A stretch of 64,000 nucleotides of DNA from an uncultured bacterium. Its GTDB lineage: Bacteria > Bacillota_I > Bacilli_A > Acholeplasmatales > Anaeroplasmataceae. The notes beneath the pieces were generated by a model. That model worked only from the letters and a program-made list of their open reading frames with translations. It made no database searches and had not been told where the DNA came from. Below are positions 49,490 to 58,235 of this stretch, one piece after another (positions within the stretch are counted from its first letter, which is position 1; every line of letters begins with the position of its first letter). The stretch covers positions 9,264 to 73,263 of the forward strand of contig CASFCK010000003.1 in the NCBI GenBank assembly GCA_949293265.1, given 5' to 3'. Both the position numbers and the translations under genes were made by a program.

Positions 49490-50323
49490 ATGGAAAAATA
49501 TCAAGAAGTAGAAAGAAGTATTATAACTACTTATCGCAAACGAATATGGGCCTTATTTATACAAGCTATAAAAAAATATGAATTATTAAAACCAAATGAT
49601 AAAATCTTAGTTTGTATGTCAGGTGGTAAAGATTCTTTTTTAATGGCTAAATTATTTGAAGAATTAGCTAAGCATAGTGATTTTCCATTTACATTTACCT
49701 GCTTAGTTATGGATCCCGGCTATAAAGCAGAAGTTAGAGATAAAATTGAAGAAAATTTAAAATTATTAAATATTAAAGCAGAAATTGTTTCTAGTGATAT
49801 TTTTGCTATATCTGATTTAATGGGTGGAAAGCCTTGCTTCTTATGTGCTAGAATGCGAAGAGGTTTTTTATATAAACAAGCTGAATTACATGGTTGTAAC
49901 AAAATAGCTTTAGGACATCATTTTGATGATGCTATTGAAACAATGTTAATGTCGATGTTTTATAATGGCAAAATTCAAATGATGCCACCAAAATTACCTA
50001 GTGATAACTTTAAAGGGTTAGAACTAATTAGACCACTTTATTTAATTAGGGAACAAGATATAATTAATTTTGTTAAATATAATGAACTATCTTTTATTAA
50101 CTGTGCTTGTAAATTTAGTGAAAAACAAGATTTATATGATTCAAAAAGACAAGAAGTAAAAAATATTATCAAGGAATTAAAAAAAATAAATCCTTTAATT
50201 CCTAATAATTTATTTAAATCAATGGAAAATGTGAATATTGACACTATTTTAGGGGCATTTGAAGATCATAATTATCATGATTTTAATTTCTTATATGAAA
50301 AGAGGAATAAAAATGTTCTCTAG
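49490..50323 (+). CDS. ttcA: PP-loop ATPase, TtcA-like tRNA 2-thiocytidine synthetase family
   Basis: CMSGGKDS PP-loop and ALGHHFDDAIETMLMSMFYNG. Confidence 0.8.
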   Translation: MEKYQEVERSIITTYRKRIWALFIQAIKKYELLKPNDKILVCMSGGKDSFLMAKLFEELAKHSDFPFTFTCLVMDPGYKAEVRDKIEENLKLLNIKAEIVSSDIFAISDLMGGKPCFLCARMRRGFLYKQAELHGCNKIALGHHFDDAIETMLMSMFYNGKIQMMPPKLPSDNFKGLELIRPLYLIREQDIINFVKYNELSFINCACKFSEKQDLYDSKRQEVKNIIKELKKINPLIPNNLFKSMENVNIDTILGAFEDHNYHDFNFLYEKRNKNVL

Positions 50324-50993
50324 ATTGATAAATTTAATAGGAACAGATAACTTTAATTTAATTCAAAAGAAGAAAGTTTTAGTTTTTGGCTTAGGTGGAG
50401 TTGGTGGTTACGTTTGTGAAATGCTTTGTCGAAGTGGAATTATAAACATAGGAATATGTGATTTTGATATTATTTCTATTAGTAATAAAAATAGGCAAAT
50501 AATTGCCCTAGATTCAACACTAGGTAAGCTTAAAACGGAAGTTATGAAAGATAGATTAAAAGATATAAATAAAGATATTAATATTGAAATATATAATTTT
50601 AAAATAGATGACAATACGATTAATACTATTAAGCCTGATTATGACTATATTGTTGATTGCATTGATGATATCAATGGAAAATTAGCCATTATTAAATATA
50701 GTTATCAAAATAATATTAAAATTATAAGTTCAATGGGTACAGGTAATAAATTAGATCCAAATATGTTTAAGATAAAGAAAATAAATCAAACTAAAGTTTG
50801 TCCTTTAGCTAAAATAATGCGTCATAAGCTTAAAGAGTTAAATATTACTGATTTACCAGTCTTATATAGTGAAGAAGAACCAATAGTTAAAAATGTTAAA
50901 GAAATACCTAGTAGTATTTTTACTCCCGCAACTGCAGGAATATTATTAGCTAGATGGGTAATTCTAGATATTATTAATATTGCGGATTTTTAA
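50313..50993 (+). CDS. tcdA: tRNA threonylcarbamoyladenosine dehydratase (ThiF/E1-like, TcdA)
   Basis: VLVFGLGGVGGYV and NRQ. ATG 50313 follows AGAGGAA; the track start 50259 lies inside ttcA. Confidence 0.85.
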   Translation: MFSRLINLIGTDNFNLIQKKKVLVFGLGGVGGYVCEMLCRSGIINIGICDFDIISISNKNRQIIALDSTLGKLKTEVMKDRLKDINKDINIEIYNFKIDDNTINTIKPDYDYIVDCIDDINGKLAIIKYSYQNNIKIISSMGTGNKLDPNMFKIKKINQTKVCPLAKIMRHKLKELNITDLPVLYSEEEPIVKNVKEIPSSIFTPATAGILLARWVILDIINIADF

Positions 50994-51039
50994 GAATGTG
51001 ATAAAATTAAGTTAGAAACTTAATGATAAGGAGGTAAAC

Positions 51040-52857
51040 ATGAGAAATACTAATGGTTTAGAATTTGATCCTTATGATTATTACAAGGGAATCTTAAAAC
51101 AAGAAGTTAATGACAAATCTACAAAGCTAATCGAAAACATAACCAAAAGTGCTAATATTGATTTAGAGTTAAATAAAAAATTAGCTAAAGAAACACTAGA
51201 ATTAGAAAAGAAAATCGAAGAAAATAATAGTAAAAAAACTATAAGTAATGTAATAGGAACAATATTAATAGTTGTAGGAATAATAGGTATTATTGCCGCA
51301 ATATACGGCGTTTATCAGCTTTATCTACATGATCGGGAATTATCTAATGTTTTAGCACTTGTAATAGGGGTTATAGTAGCTATAGTATGTTTTGTTTTAT
51401 ATTTTGCGGTTTTAAGAAAAAATGTAAATAAATTTAATACAATTCTAAGTAAGCTTAATAAAGAATATAATAATAAAAAAAATGAGGCTTGGCAAAGTTT
51501 AGGTGCTTTAAGAAATAATTTAAATTTTAAACAATATGTTGATTTTGTTAATAGTTTAAATACGACTATTAAATTAGATTATGAACTTGATCGTAAGAAA
51601 GTATTAGTATTAACTAAAGCATATAATTTAAATTTTGATTTTGGTGATTATGAATCTATTTTAGATATTTATAGTGGTTCTATAGATAGTAATCCATTTG
51701 TAAGAGTATTATTAAAAAAAGAAGAAATGCGTAATACTACTTACACAGGAACTAGAGTTGTTACATGGACAGAACATGTTAGAGATAGTAAAGGTCATAT
51801 GAGAACTGTAACTAAAAGTCAAACTTTAGTTGCTAATTATACGGCTCCGGCTCCGTATTATCAAACTTATTCTTTGATAATATATGGTAATGGTGCTGCC
51901 CCTAAATTAACTTTCAGCCGTTATCCAAGTGGATTACCTTTAGAACATGATGAAAAAGATGTAGAAAAACTTGTTAAAAAAAGAACAGCTGATTTAGAAG
52001 AATTAACTGAAAAAGCAATTAAATCTGGTAAGACATTTACAACATTAGCAAACAATGAGTTTGATGCTTTATTTTATGCGGTTGACAGAAATAACGAGAC
52101 TGAATTTAGATTGTTATTTACTCCATTAGCTCAACAAAATATGGTTGAATTAATTACGGCCACCGATACTTATGGTGATGATTTCACCTTTGTTAAACGC
52201 AATAAATTAAATTTTTTATCTTCTAATCATGCTAATGCGGAAATAACTTTTAATTATAGTAAATATTTAAATTATTATGATTATGAATTATTAAAAAAAG
52301 ACTATATTAATGATATTAACAATTCATTTTATTCATTATATTTCGATTTAGCGCCAATTTTAGCTATTCCGTTATATCAAATGAATGAAGCACCTCTAAT
52401 TGATGATGATAATTATAAAGAACAAATAAGCTTACAAGAAGCAGAAGCATTTGTAAATCATATGAATTATGATCTGTTTAGGCATAAATCTACCGCAACT
52501 GATCAAATTTTAAAATTAAAGCGAATAAATAATTATAAAGATACAGACACATTCAATGTAACATCTCACTCATTTTCTAAATTTAAACGAACTACATTAG
52601 TAGCTGTACCATGTCAAAATGGTAGTATCTATAATGTGCCAGTAGATTGGTATGAATATAATCCATTAGTAGCTTATAGTAAAGTGGCTATTAGTCAAAT
52701 AAAAGAAACAAGCAAAAATGGTGAAAATATTGAAATTAAAAACATTAAACATCGTTATCATAACTTTGCAAGTTGTTATTTAAATGATGAAGATTGCAAT
52801 GAAGATTTTGCAAACCTATTTGCAAAATATGTTGATTTAACATATAATAAGATATAG
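51040..52857 (+). CDS. Large membrane protein of unknown function: N-terminal coiled coil, TM hairpin, C-terminal domain of about 480 aa
   Basis: AAGGAGG SD. Hydrophobic helices at about residues 72-98 and 104-126. No catalytic or binding motif recognised. Confidence 0.5.
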   Translation: MRNTNGLEFDPYDYYKGILKQEVNDKSTKLIENITKSANIDLELNKKLAKETLELEKKIEENNSKKTISNVIGTILIVVGIIGIIAAIYGVYQLYLHDRELSNVLALVIGVIVAIVCFVLYFAVLRKNVNKFNTILSKLNKEYNNKKNEAWQSLGALRNNLNFKQYVDFVNSLNTTIKLDYELDRKKVLVLTKAYNLNFDFGDYESILDIYSGSIDSNPFVRVLLKKEEMRNTTYTGTRVVTWTEHVRDSKGHMRTVTKSQTLVANYTAPAPYYQTYSLIIYGNGAAPKLTFSRYPSGLPLEHDEKDVEKLVKKRTADLEELTEKAIKSGKTFTTLANNEFDALFYAVDRNNETEFRLLFTPLAQQNMVELITATDTYGDDFTFVKRNKLNFLSSNHANAEITFNYSKYLNYYDYELLKKDYINDINNSFYSLYFDLAPILAIPLYQMNEAPLIDDDNYKEQISLQEAEAFVNHMNYDLFRHKSTATDQILKLKRINNYKDTDTFNVTSHSFSKFKRTTLVAVPCQNGSIYNVPVDWYEYNPLVAYSKVAISQIKETSKNGENIEIKNIKHRYHNFASCYLNDEDCNEDFANLFAKYVDLTYNKI

Positions 52858-52868
52858 GAGGAAGAAAT

Positions 52869-53534
52869 ATGGCGAATCAATTAGATGAAATGACTGGTCC
52901 TGTTAATCAAGAAGGACGTGATGTATCTGTTATTCAAAAACAGATACCTGTAAAGGTTGGTTGGGGATCAAAGTTTTTTGAAGTTATATTATGGGTTTTA
53001 GCAATTATTCCAGGTGTTATTTTCTTATTTATGAAAATTAATGCTAAAGCATATTTAAGAAAGCTTGAACAAAAAATTCAACATGACGCCTCACAAATTG
53101 ATAATTATCTAGAACAAAGAGTAGTAATTTTACAAAATGCTGCTAAATTATTAGATAAAGCAATCGATTTAGATAAAGACACATTAACCCAGATAGCTAA
53201 ATTCCGTAGCGGTGTTCGTGACAATGATGCTAATCGTAATGAAACTAGTCAAGCAGTTGATAAACTATTTGGTCAAGTTAATGTAGCTTTTGAAAACTAT
53301 CCTGATTTAAAGGCACATGATGAAATTCAAGAATGTTTAAGACAAAATAGTTATTTACAAAAAGAAATTACAGCTGCTAGAGAATTATATAACGATACTG
53401 TATATACATGGAATAGCGCAATCCAAGAATGGCCAACTAAGATGATTGTTGCGGCTAAAGAAGGATATACAACAAGAATTCCGTTTGCTGCATCACAAGA
53501 AATTAAAGAACAAGCTAGAGGAGTATTCTTCTAA
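52869..53534 (+). CDS. lemA: LemA family membrane protein (copy 2), with an N-terminal extension of about 35 aa
   Basis: FENYPDLKAHDEIQECL..ITAARELYNDTVYTWNSAIQEWP. AGGAGGAAG SD, 11 nt after the upstream gene. Confidence 0.85.
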   Translation: MANQLDEMTGPVNQEGRDVSVIQKQIPVKVGWGSKFFEVILWVLAIIPGVIFLFMKINAKAYLRKLEQKIQHDASQIDNYLEQRVVILQNAAKLLDKAIDLDKDTLTQIAKFRSGVRDNDANRNETSQAVDKLFGQVNVAFENYPDLKAHDEIQECLRQNSYLQKEITAARELYNDTVYTWNSAIQEWPTKMIVAAKEGYTTRIPFAASQEIKEQARGVFF

Positions 53535-53537
53535 AGT

Positions 53538-53562
53538 AAAAAGCCTTTTTTAGGCTTTTTTA
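53538..53562 (+). terminator. Rho-independent terminator after lemA copy 2
   Basis: AAAAAGCCT-TTTTT-AGGCTTTTT followed by TAT. Confidence 0.75.
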
Positions 53563-53585
53563 TTTAGCTAAACGTAAATATACAA

Positions 53586-53613
53586 AAAAAGGTTAGCTAT
53601 TGCTAACTTTTTT
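53586..53613 (+). promoter_or_regulatory. Palindrome 1: GTTAGC-TATT-GCTAAC flanked by A and T runs (second terminator-like hairpin and/or operator)
   Basis: GTTAGC 53592-53597 and GCTAAC 53602-53607. The flanking A6/T6 can extend the stem to about 12 bp. Confidence 0.45.
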
Positions 53614-53624
53614 GCTTTTTCCTA

Positions 53625-53653
53625 TTGTTTTTTAAAAAAGATAGCGCTATAAT
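53625..53653 (+). promoter_or_regulatory. Candidate feoA promoter: TTGTTT-17 nt-TATAAT
   Basis: TTGTTT 53625-53630 and TATAAT 53648-53653. The perfect 10-bp palindrome ATAGCGCTAT (53641-53650) overlaps the -10. Confidence 0.5.
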
Positions 53654-53660
53654 AATAGCA

Positions 53661-53678
53661 AGTTAGCAAACGCTAACT
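53661..53678 (+). promoter_or_regulatory. Palindrome 2: AGTTAGC-AAAC-GCTAACT between the -10 and the feoA SD (operator or 5'UTR hairpin)
   Basis: Perfect 7-bp arms at 53661-53667 and 53672-53678. Same GTTAGC-N4-GCTAAC core as palindrome 1. The AAGGAGG SD starts 3 nt downstream. Confidence 0.45.
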
Positions 53679-53692
53679 ATAAGGAGGCAAAA

Positions 53693-53941
53693 ATGAATAA
53701 AGAAATTATTAATTTAACCGATCTAAAAATTGGTGAAAAGGGGATATTAATTGAAATTAAAAATTCTAATAAAGCCTTTAGACGGCGCTTATTAGACATG
53801 GGTTTAACGAAAAATGTAGAAATAACCATTAAAAAAATAAGCCCGTTAGGAGATCCAATAAGTGTAGAATTAAGAGGATATCAACTATGCTTAAGAAAAG
53901 AAGATATCAAAGATATTATGGTTATAAAGGAGGGAAAATAA
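53693..53941 (+). CDS. feoA: Ferrous iron transport protein A
   Basis: 82 aa, SH3-like FeoA (GEKGILIEI..RRRLLDMGL..GDPISVELRGYQLCLRKED). Confidence 0.9.
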   Translation: MNKEIINLTDLKIGEKGILIEIKNSNKAFRRRLLDMGLTKNVEITIKKISPLGDPISVELRGYQLCLRKEDIKDIMVIKEGK

Positions 53942-55995
53942 ATGATCAGAAAATGTGCTTTAGTTGGTAATCAAAACAGTGGTAAAACTTTACTTTTTAA
54001 TGTTTTAACGGGTTTGAATCAAAAAGTTGGTAACTGGCCAGGGGTAACAGTAGAAAGAAAAGATGGTATTATTAAAGGAACAAACATTCTTATCACTGAC
54101 TTACCAGGTATTTATAGTTTATCACCTTATACTAGTGAGGAAGAAATTTCAAGAAAGTTTATTGTTGAAGAAAGACCAGATTTAATTATAAATATAATTG
54201 ATTCTACGTCTTTAGAAAGAGCATTATATCTTACAACACAATTGATGGAATTAGATACGAAAGTATTAGTAGTATTGAATATGGAAGATATATTAGCAAA
54301 GAAAGGTTATCATATCGATATCAATGAATTAGAAAAAAGATTAGGAACGAAGTGTGTTTCTATTAGTGCTTTAAAGAAAACCGGTATAAAAGAATTAATA
54401 AATGTAATAAAAATAGCGATTATTTAATTCCTGAACCTAAAGCTAATCATATTTTTACAAATGAAGTTGAATCAACAATCAAAGATGTCATAAATGATCT
54501 TGATGAAACTATATTTGAAAAAAGATTTGCAGCAATAAAAATAATTGAGCGTGATGAAAGATATTATAATAAATATTATAAAGAAAAATTCGAAAAAGAA
54601 ATTAAAGCCTTAGAAAATCTAAACAAGACAGATTCAGAACAATTAATTGCAGGTTTAAGATATGATTATATAGTAAATATAAGAGATAATGTAGTTTCAA
54701 GAAAGATAACAAATGCTAGTAATATAACTACAAAACTCGATAAAGTTTTACTAAATAAATGGGCCGCTATCCCAATCTTTTTAGTAATAATTGTCCTTAT
54801 ATATTTGCTTAGTGTAGGTTTAGTAGGTGGTGCTACTGTTGGTATTATAGATATGTTATTTAATGGTGGTGACACTATTGAATTCCCTATGCCTTGGGGT
54901 TCATTTGAAGTCTCATTAGGTAATGGAATAATTGGACTTGGACCATGGTTAGCTGAAGTTATTACAAATGCTGGTGGTAGTGAATGGGCTGCTAGCTTAG
55001 TTGCTGATGGAGCAGTAGCCGGTGTTGGAGCAGTTTTAAACTTTGTTCCGCAAATAATGATTTTATTCTTGTTGTTAAGTCTATTAGAAACATCTGGCTA
55101 TATGGCAAGAGTTACTTTCTTATTTGATAAATTATTTAAAAAATTAGGTATGTCTGGACAAAGTTTAATACCATTTATAGTAGGTACTGGTTGTAGTGTT
55201 CCAGCAATAATGGGAACTAGAACTATTGAAGATAAAGAAGAACATCAAATGACTGTTACTCTAACTCCTTTCATGCCTTGTTCTGCTAAATTACCTATTA
55301 TATCTTGTTTTGTTGGTGGAATTTTTGGCGCAAACTGGGGAATAACTGCTTTAATGTATGTTATGGCTATAGCGGTTATTATTTTATCAGGTTATTTATT
55401 AAATAAATTTTTTGTTAAAAAACACAGTACATCATATATAACTGAATTACCTGATTATCATACTCCTAGTGCAGGATATATAGCTCGTGATGTATTTGAC
55501 AAAACATCAGCATTTATTAAAAGAGCAGGGACTATAATTTTCCTATGTTCAGTTGTAATATGGGTTTTATTAAATGTTAATTACCAATTTCAATATACAA
55601 CTAATGTTGAAGAAAGCTTATTAGCTGATATAGGTAGATCAATATCATTTATTTTTGCTCCTATGCTAGGAATGAATTTTTCTTGGGGTGCCTCAGTTTC
55701 AGCAGTCCAAGGTTTAGTAGCTAAAGAATTAGTTGTTTCATCTATGGAGGTTATAACGGCAGTAGGTGAAGGTGGAGATGTTTTCGCTGGCAATGGAATG
55801 TTTTCTTTTTTCAACGGCTTTAGTGCGATGGGCTATATGATATTTACATTATTTAGTGCTCCTTGTTTTGGTGCTATAGGCGCAATGAAAAGAGAATTAA
55901 ATAATAGTCATGATTTTTGGCGAGCAATATTGTTCCAAACGGGATTAGCTTTTGTATTGGCATCTTTAGTTGGAATATGGGGTGCATTTATTTAG
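53942..55995 (+). pseudogene. feoB: Ferrous iron transporter FeoB interrupted by a single frameshift (G domain 53942-54427; the remainder is open from 54367 and runs to 55995 in the -1 frame)
   Basis: G1 GNQNSGKT and G3 DLPG in segment 1. I translated 54421-54804 in the second frame: YLIPEPKANHIFTNEVESTIKDV..LDKVLLNKWAAIPIFLVIIV.., which runs into the track ORF at 54805. The frames overlap at the A5 run 54409-54413. Adding one A gives a 684-aa FeoB. Confidence 0.85.
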
Positions 55996-56005
55996 GAGGT
56001 TAGAT

Positions 56006-56155
56006 ATGATTTTAGCTAATGTAATTGATATTATTGTTGTGCTTTTAGTTATTGTTTTAGTTCTTGGTGTTATATTTTTAAGATTTGTTTTGCCAAAAAT
56101 TAAAGCCAAAAAGATAGGAATGGAAAAGAAAGTTAGTAGAAATTGCGATGAATAA
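56006..56155 (+). CDS. Small single-TM protein (49 aa), possibly a degenerate paralogue of the next gene
   Basis: AGGAGG lies 6 nt upstream of ATG 56006. One TM helix, then a basic tail with a single Cys. Confidence 0.45.
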   Translation: MILANVIDIIVVLLVIVLVLGVIFLRFVLPKIKAKKIGMEKKVSRNCDE

Positions 56156-56333
56156 AACTAATATAATAGTTATTGGCATTATTACCTTATTAATAATACT
56201 AGTCATAATTCACTTGATTAAAGTATATAAAAAAACGCCATGTGGTGATTGTGCTAGTGCTAAACAATGTAATGCATTTAGTAAAGATAAGATATTTAAA
56301 GCTTATAAAAAAGCTTGTAAAAATGAGAAATGA
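56148..56333 (+). CDS. FeoB-associated Cys-rich small membrane protein
   Basis: 61 aa. TM helix, then PCGDCASAKQC. Sits immediately downstream of feoB, with an ATGA-type overlap with the previous small ORF. Confidence 0.6.
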   Translation: MNKTNIIVIGIITLLIILVIIHLIKVYKKTPCGDCASAKQCNAFSKDKIFKAYKKACKNEK

Positions 56334-56350
56334 TTTCCCCCTTTAAAAAG

Positions 56351-56384
56351 ATGAGCCTAACAAAATGTTAGGCTCATTTAGCTT
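56351..56384 (+). terminator. feo operon terminator hairpin, which is also the group II intron insertion target
   Basis: ATGAGCCTAAC-AAAAT-GTTAGGCTCAT (perfect 11 bp) followed by TTAGCTT. The intron starts at 56385. Confidence 0.75.
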
Positions 56385-56897
56385 GTGTGCCGGGCATGGC
56401 ATTAATCTAGTAGGTGAAAGTCCTACCGTGGGTATTTACCGCCAAACGTAGTGAACCCCAAGTTATTAATAGTAATATTAATGATGAAGGAAGGGGCTAG
56501 CAAACTTCTCGAGCTTACGAACAGAAACTTGATATTAGGCTAAATGGTGGATAAGAATGCAAGTCAATTTGAAGTCCAAAAGGTAAACGTAAAACCAAAA
56601 CAGTAAATCAAGAAGTTGTGAGAATAAGAAAGATTAATGAATTACCCCGGGATATCCTTTTGAACGATAAGTCTAGATATTTTAAAACAGTTATAGTAAA
56701 TCGGAGCGAAAAAGGCTAGTCAAAAGGAAGTCAGCTGAGGTCATAGTAGGTAGAAAAACCAAAGGACCTAATGTTTATATAGTGCTAATCGCTATAAGCA
56801 ATATTCAAGTAGCCTGAATTTGAAGATAGGTTTAGAACTAGGGAACGTAATCCTAGATAACCAAAGGGCAATGAGGTGGTCTTGAAGATATTTACGA

Positions 56898-58214
56898 ATG
56901 GAGGAAAAGCAGCAAATGAGATTAATTGACGAGATATTAAATGAATCAAATATTTATCTAGCAATAAAAAGAGTTAAAGCTAATAAAGGAGCTAGTGGTA
57001 TTGATAAAATGAGTGTTAATGAACTTGAAAGTTATTGGAAAAATAATGGTCAAGAAATCATTAACAAAATACTAGCAAAAGAATATAGACCTCAACCAGT
57101 AAGAAGAGTATATATACCAAAGCCCAATGGCAAGAAAAGACCACTAGGAATCCCAACAGTAGTTGATAGAGTAATACAACAAGCCATAGCTCAAGTGCTA
57201 GGACCAATATTTGAAATAACATTCAGTAACTTTTCATATGGTTTTAGGCCCAATAGAGATTGTCATATGGCAATTAGTAAAGTATTAGAATACTTAAATG
57301 AAGGTTGTGAATGGGTAATTGATTTAGATATTGAAAAATACTTTGATACAGTAAATCACGATAAATTAATTTCTATACTTAGGGAAAAAGTAAATGATAG
57401 TCATACAATTCACTTGATTAGGAAGTTTTTACGAGCCGGAATAATGGAAAATGGTCTAATTAGTGCAAGTACCATAGGTACGCCACAAGGAGGACCGTTA
57501 TCACCTTTATTATCTAATATATACTTAGATAAGCTCGATAAAGAACTAGAATCAAGAGGCCTACACTTTGTAAGATATGCCGATGATTGTAATATCTTTG
57601 TGAAGAGTGAAATGGCAGCTGAAAGGGTTATGAAATCAGTTACTTCATGGCTAGAAAGGAAATTGTTTCTTAAAGTATCAGCCACTAAAACTAAAATAGT
57701 TAGACCAACTAAAAGTAACTTTCTAGGGTTTACATTTTTCAAAAACAGTGAAAAATGGGAATGTAAGCCAAGTGATGATAGAAAGCAAAGAATATATGAC
57801 AAGCTTAAAATAGTTTTAAAAAGAGGGAAAGCAGCAGCAAAACCACTTGGAGAAACTATAATTAAAGTAAATCAAATAATTATAGGTTGGATTAATTATT
57901 TTAGAATAGGCAAAATGAAATTATTTATTAGTAGATTTGGTGAGTGGCTAAGACACAAAATGAGAGTGATTATAATTAAGCAATGGAAGAATCCACTTAC
58001 TATACAAAGAAATCTAGAGAAAATAAATAGGAAATATAAACTAAAGTTTTCTTTTGAAGATATCTTTAAGGTAGCTAATTCAAGATTAGGGCTCTATAGA
58101 CAATGTGGATTAAATATCATTAATTATATATTATCACCAAAGATACTTGAAACAGCCAATATAAAAAGAGGTAGACCAGGCTTGGTCAACCCCTTAAATT
58201 ATTACCTAAGATAA
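56898..58214 (+). CDS. Group II intron reverse transcriptase/maturase (no endonuclease domain)
   Basis: RT motifs RRVYIPKPNGKKRPLGIPT, GTPQGGPLSPLLSNIYL and VRYADDCNIF. Maturase X domain IIGWINYFRIG. Ends without an HNH/En domain. Confidence 0.95.
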   Translation: MEEKQQMRLIDEILNESNIYLAIKRVKANKGASGIDKMSVNELESYWKNNGQEIINKILAKEYRPQPVRRVYIPKPNGKKRPLGIPTVVDRVIQQAIAQVLGPIFEITFSNFSYGFRPNRDCHMAISKVLEYLNEGCEWVIDLDIEKYFDTVNHDKLISILREKVNDSHTIHLIRKFLRAGIMENGLISASTIGTPQGGPLSPLLSNIYLDKLDKELESRGLHFVRYADDCNIFVKSEMAAERVMKSVTSWLERKLFLKVSATKTKIVRPTKSNFLGFTFFKNSEKWECKPSDDRKQRIYDKLKIVLKRGKAAAKPLGETIIKVNQIIIGWINYFRIGKMKLFISRFGEWLRHKMRVIIIKQWKNPLTIQRNLEKINRKYKLKFSFEDIFKVANSRLGLYRQCGLNIINYILSPKILETANIKRGRPGLVNPLNYYLR

Positions 58215-58235
58215 TTTGTGTTCAATATAAATGTA

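Noticed and set aside
51006-51024. ATTAAGTT-AGA-AACTTAAT hairpin between tcdA and the 605-aa gene as a terminator.
   Set aside because: The stem is AT-only and 8 bp long, with no following T tract. It is too weak to call a terminator and is mentioned only as a boundary marker.
53586-53678. Canonical 19-bp DtxR/IdeR box, or a Fur box, at the feoA promoter.
   Set aside because: Only the half-site core (GGTTAGC / GCTAAC) resembles the IdeR/DtxR consensus. The arms are separated by 4 nt rather than forming the contiguous 9-1-9 palindrome, and I saw no GATAATGATAATCATTATC-like Fur box. It is reported as a candidate operator for an unknown regulator.
54400-54430. Programmed -1 ribosomal frameshifting as the explanation for the feoB frame break.
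   Set aside because: In the zero frame the sequence is ATA AAA ATA, not an X XXY YYZ slippery heptamer, and I see no obvious downstream stimulatory structure. A homopolymer indel, real or artefactual, is the simpler explanation. It is reported as a frameshift, not as recoding.
56351-56377. The feo terminator arms (GCCTAAC / GTTAGGC) resemble the GTTAGC/GCTAAC half-sites upstream of feoA, hinting at a third operator.
   Set aside because: The arm orientation is inverted (CCTAAC..GTTAGG versus GTTAGC..GCTAAC) and the sequence differs at the central base. The element is fully explained as a terminator hairpin, so this is probably coincidence.
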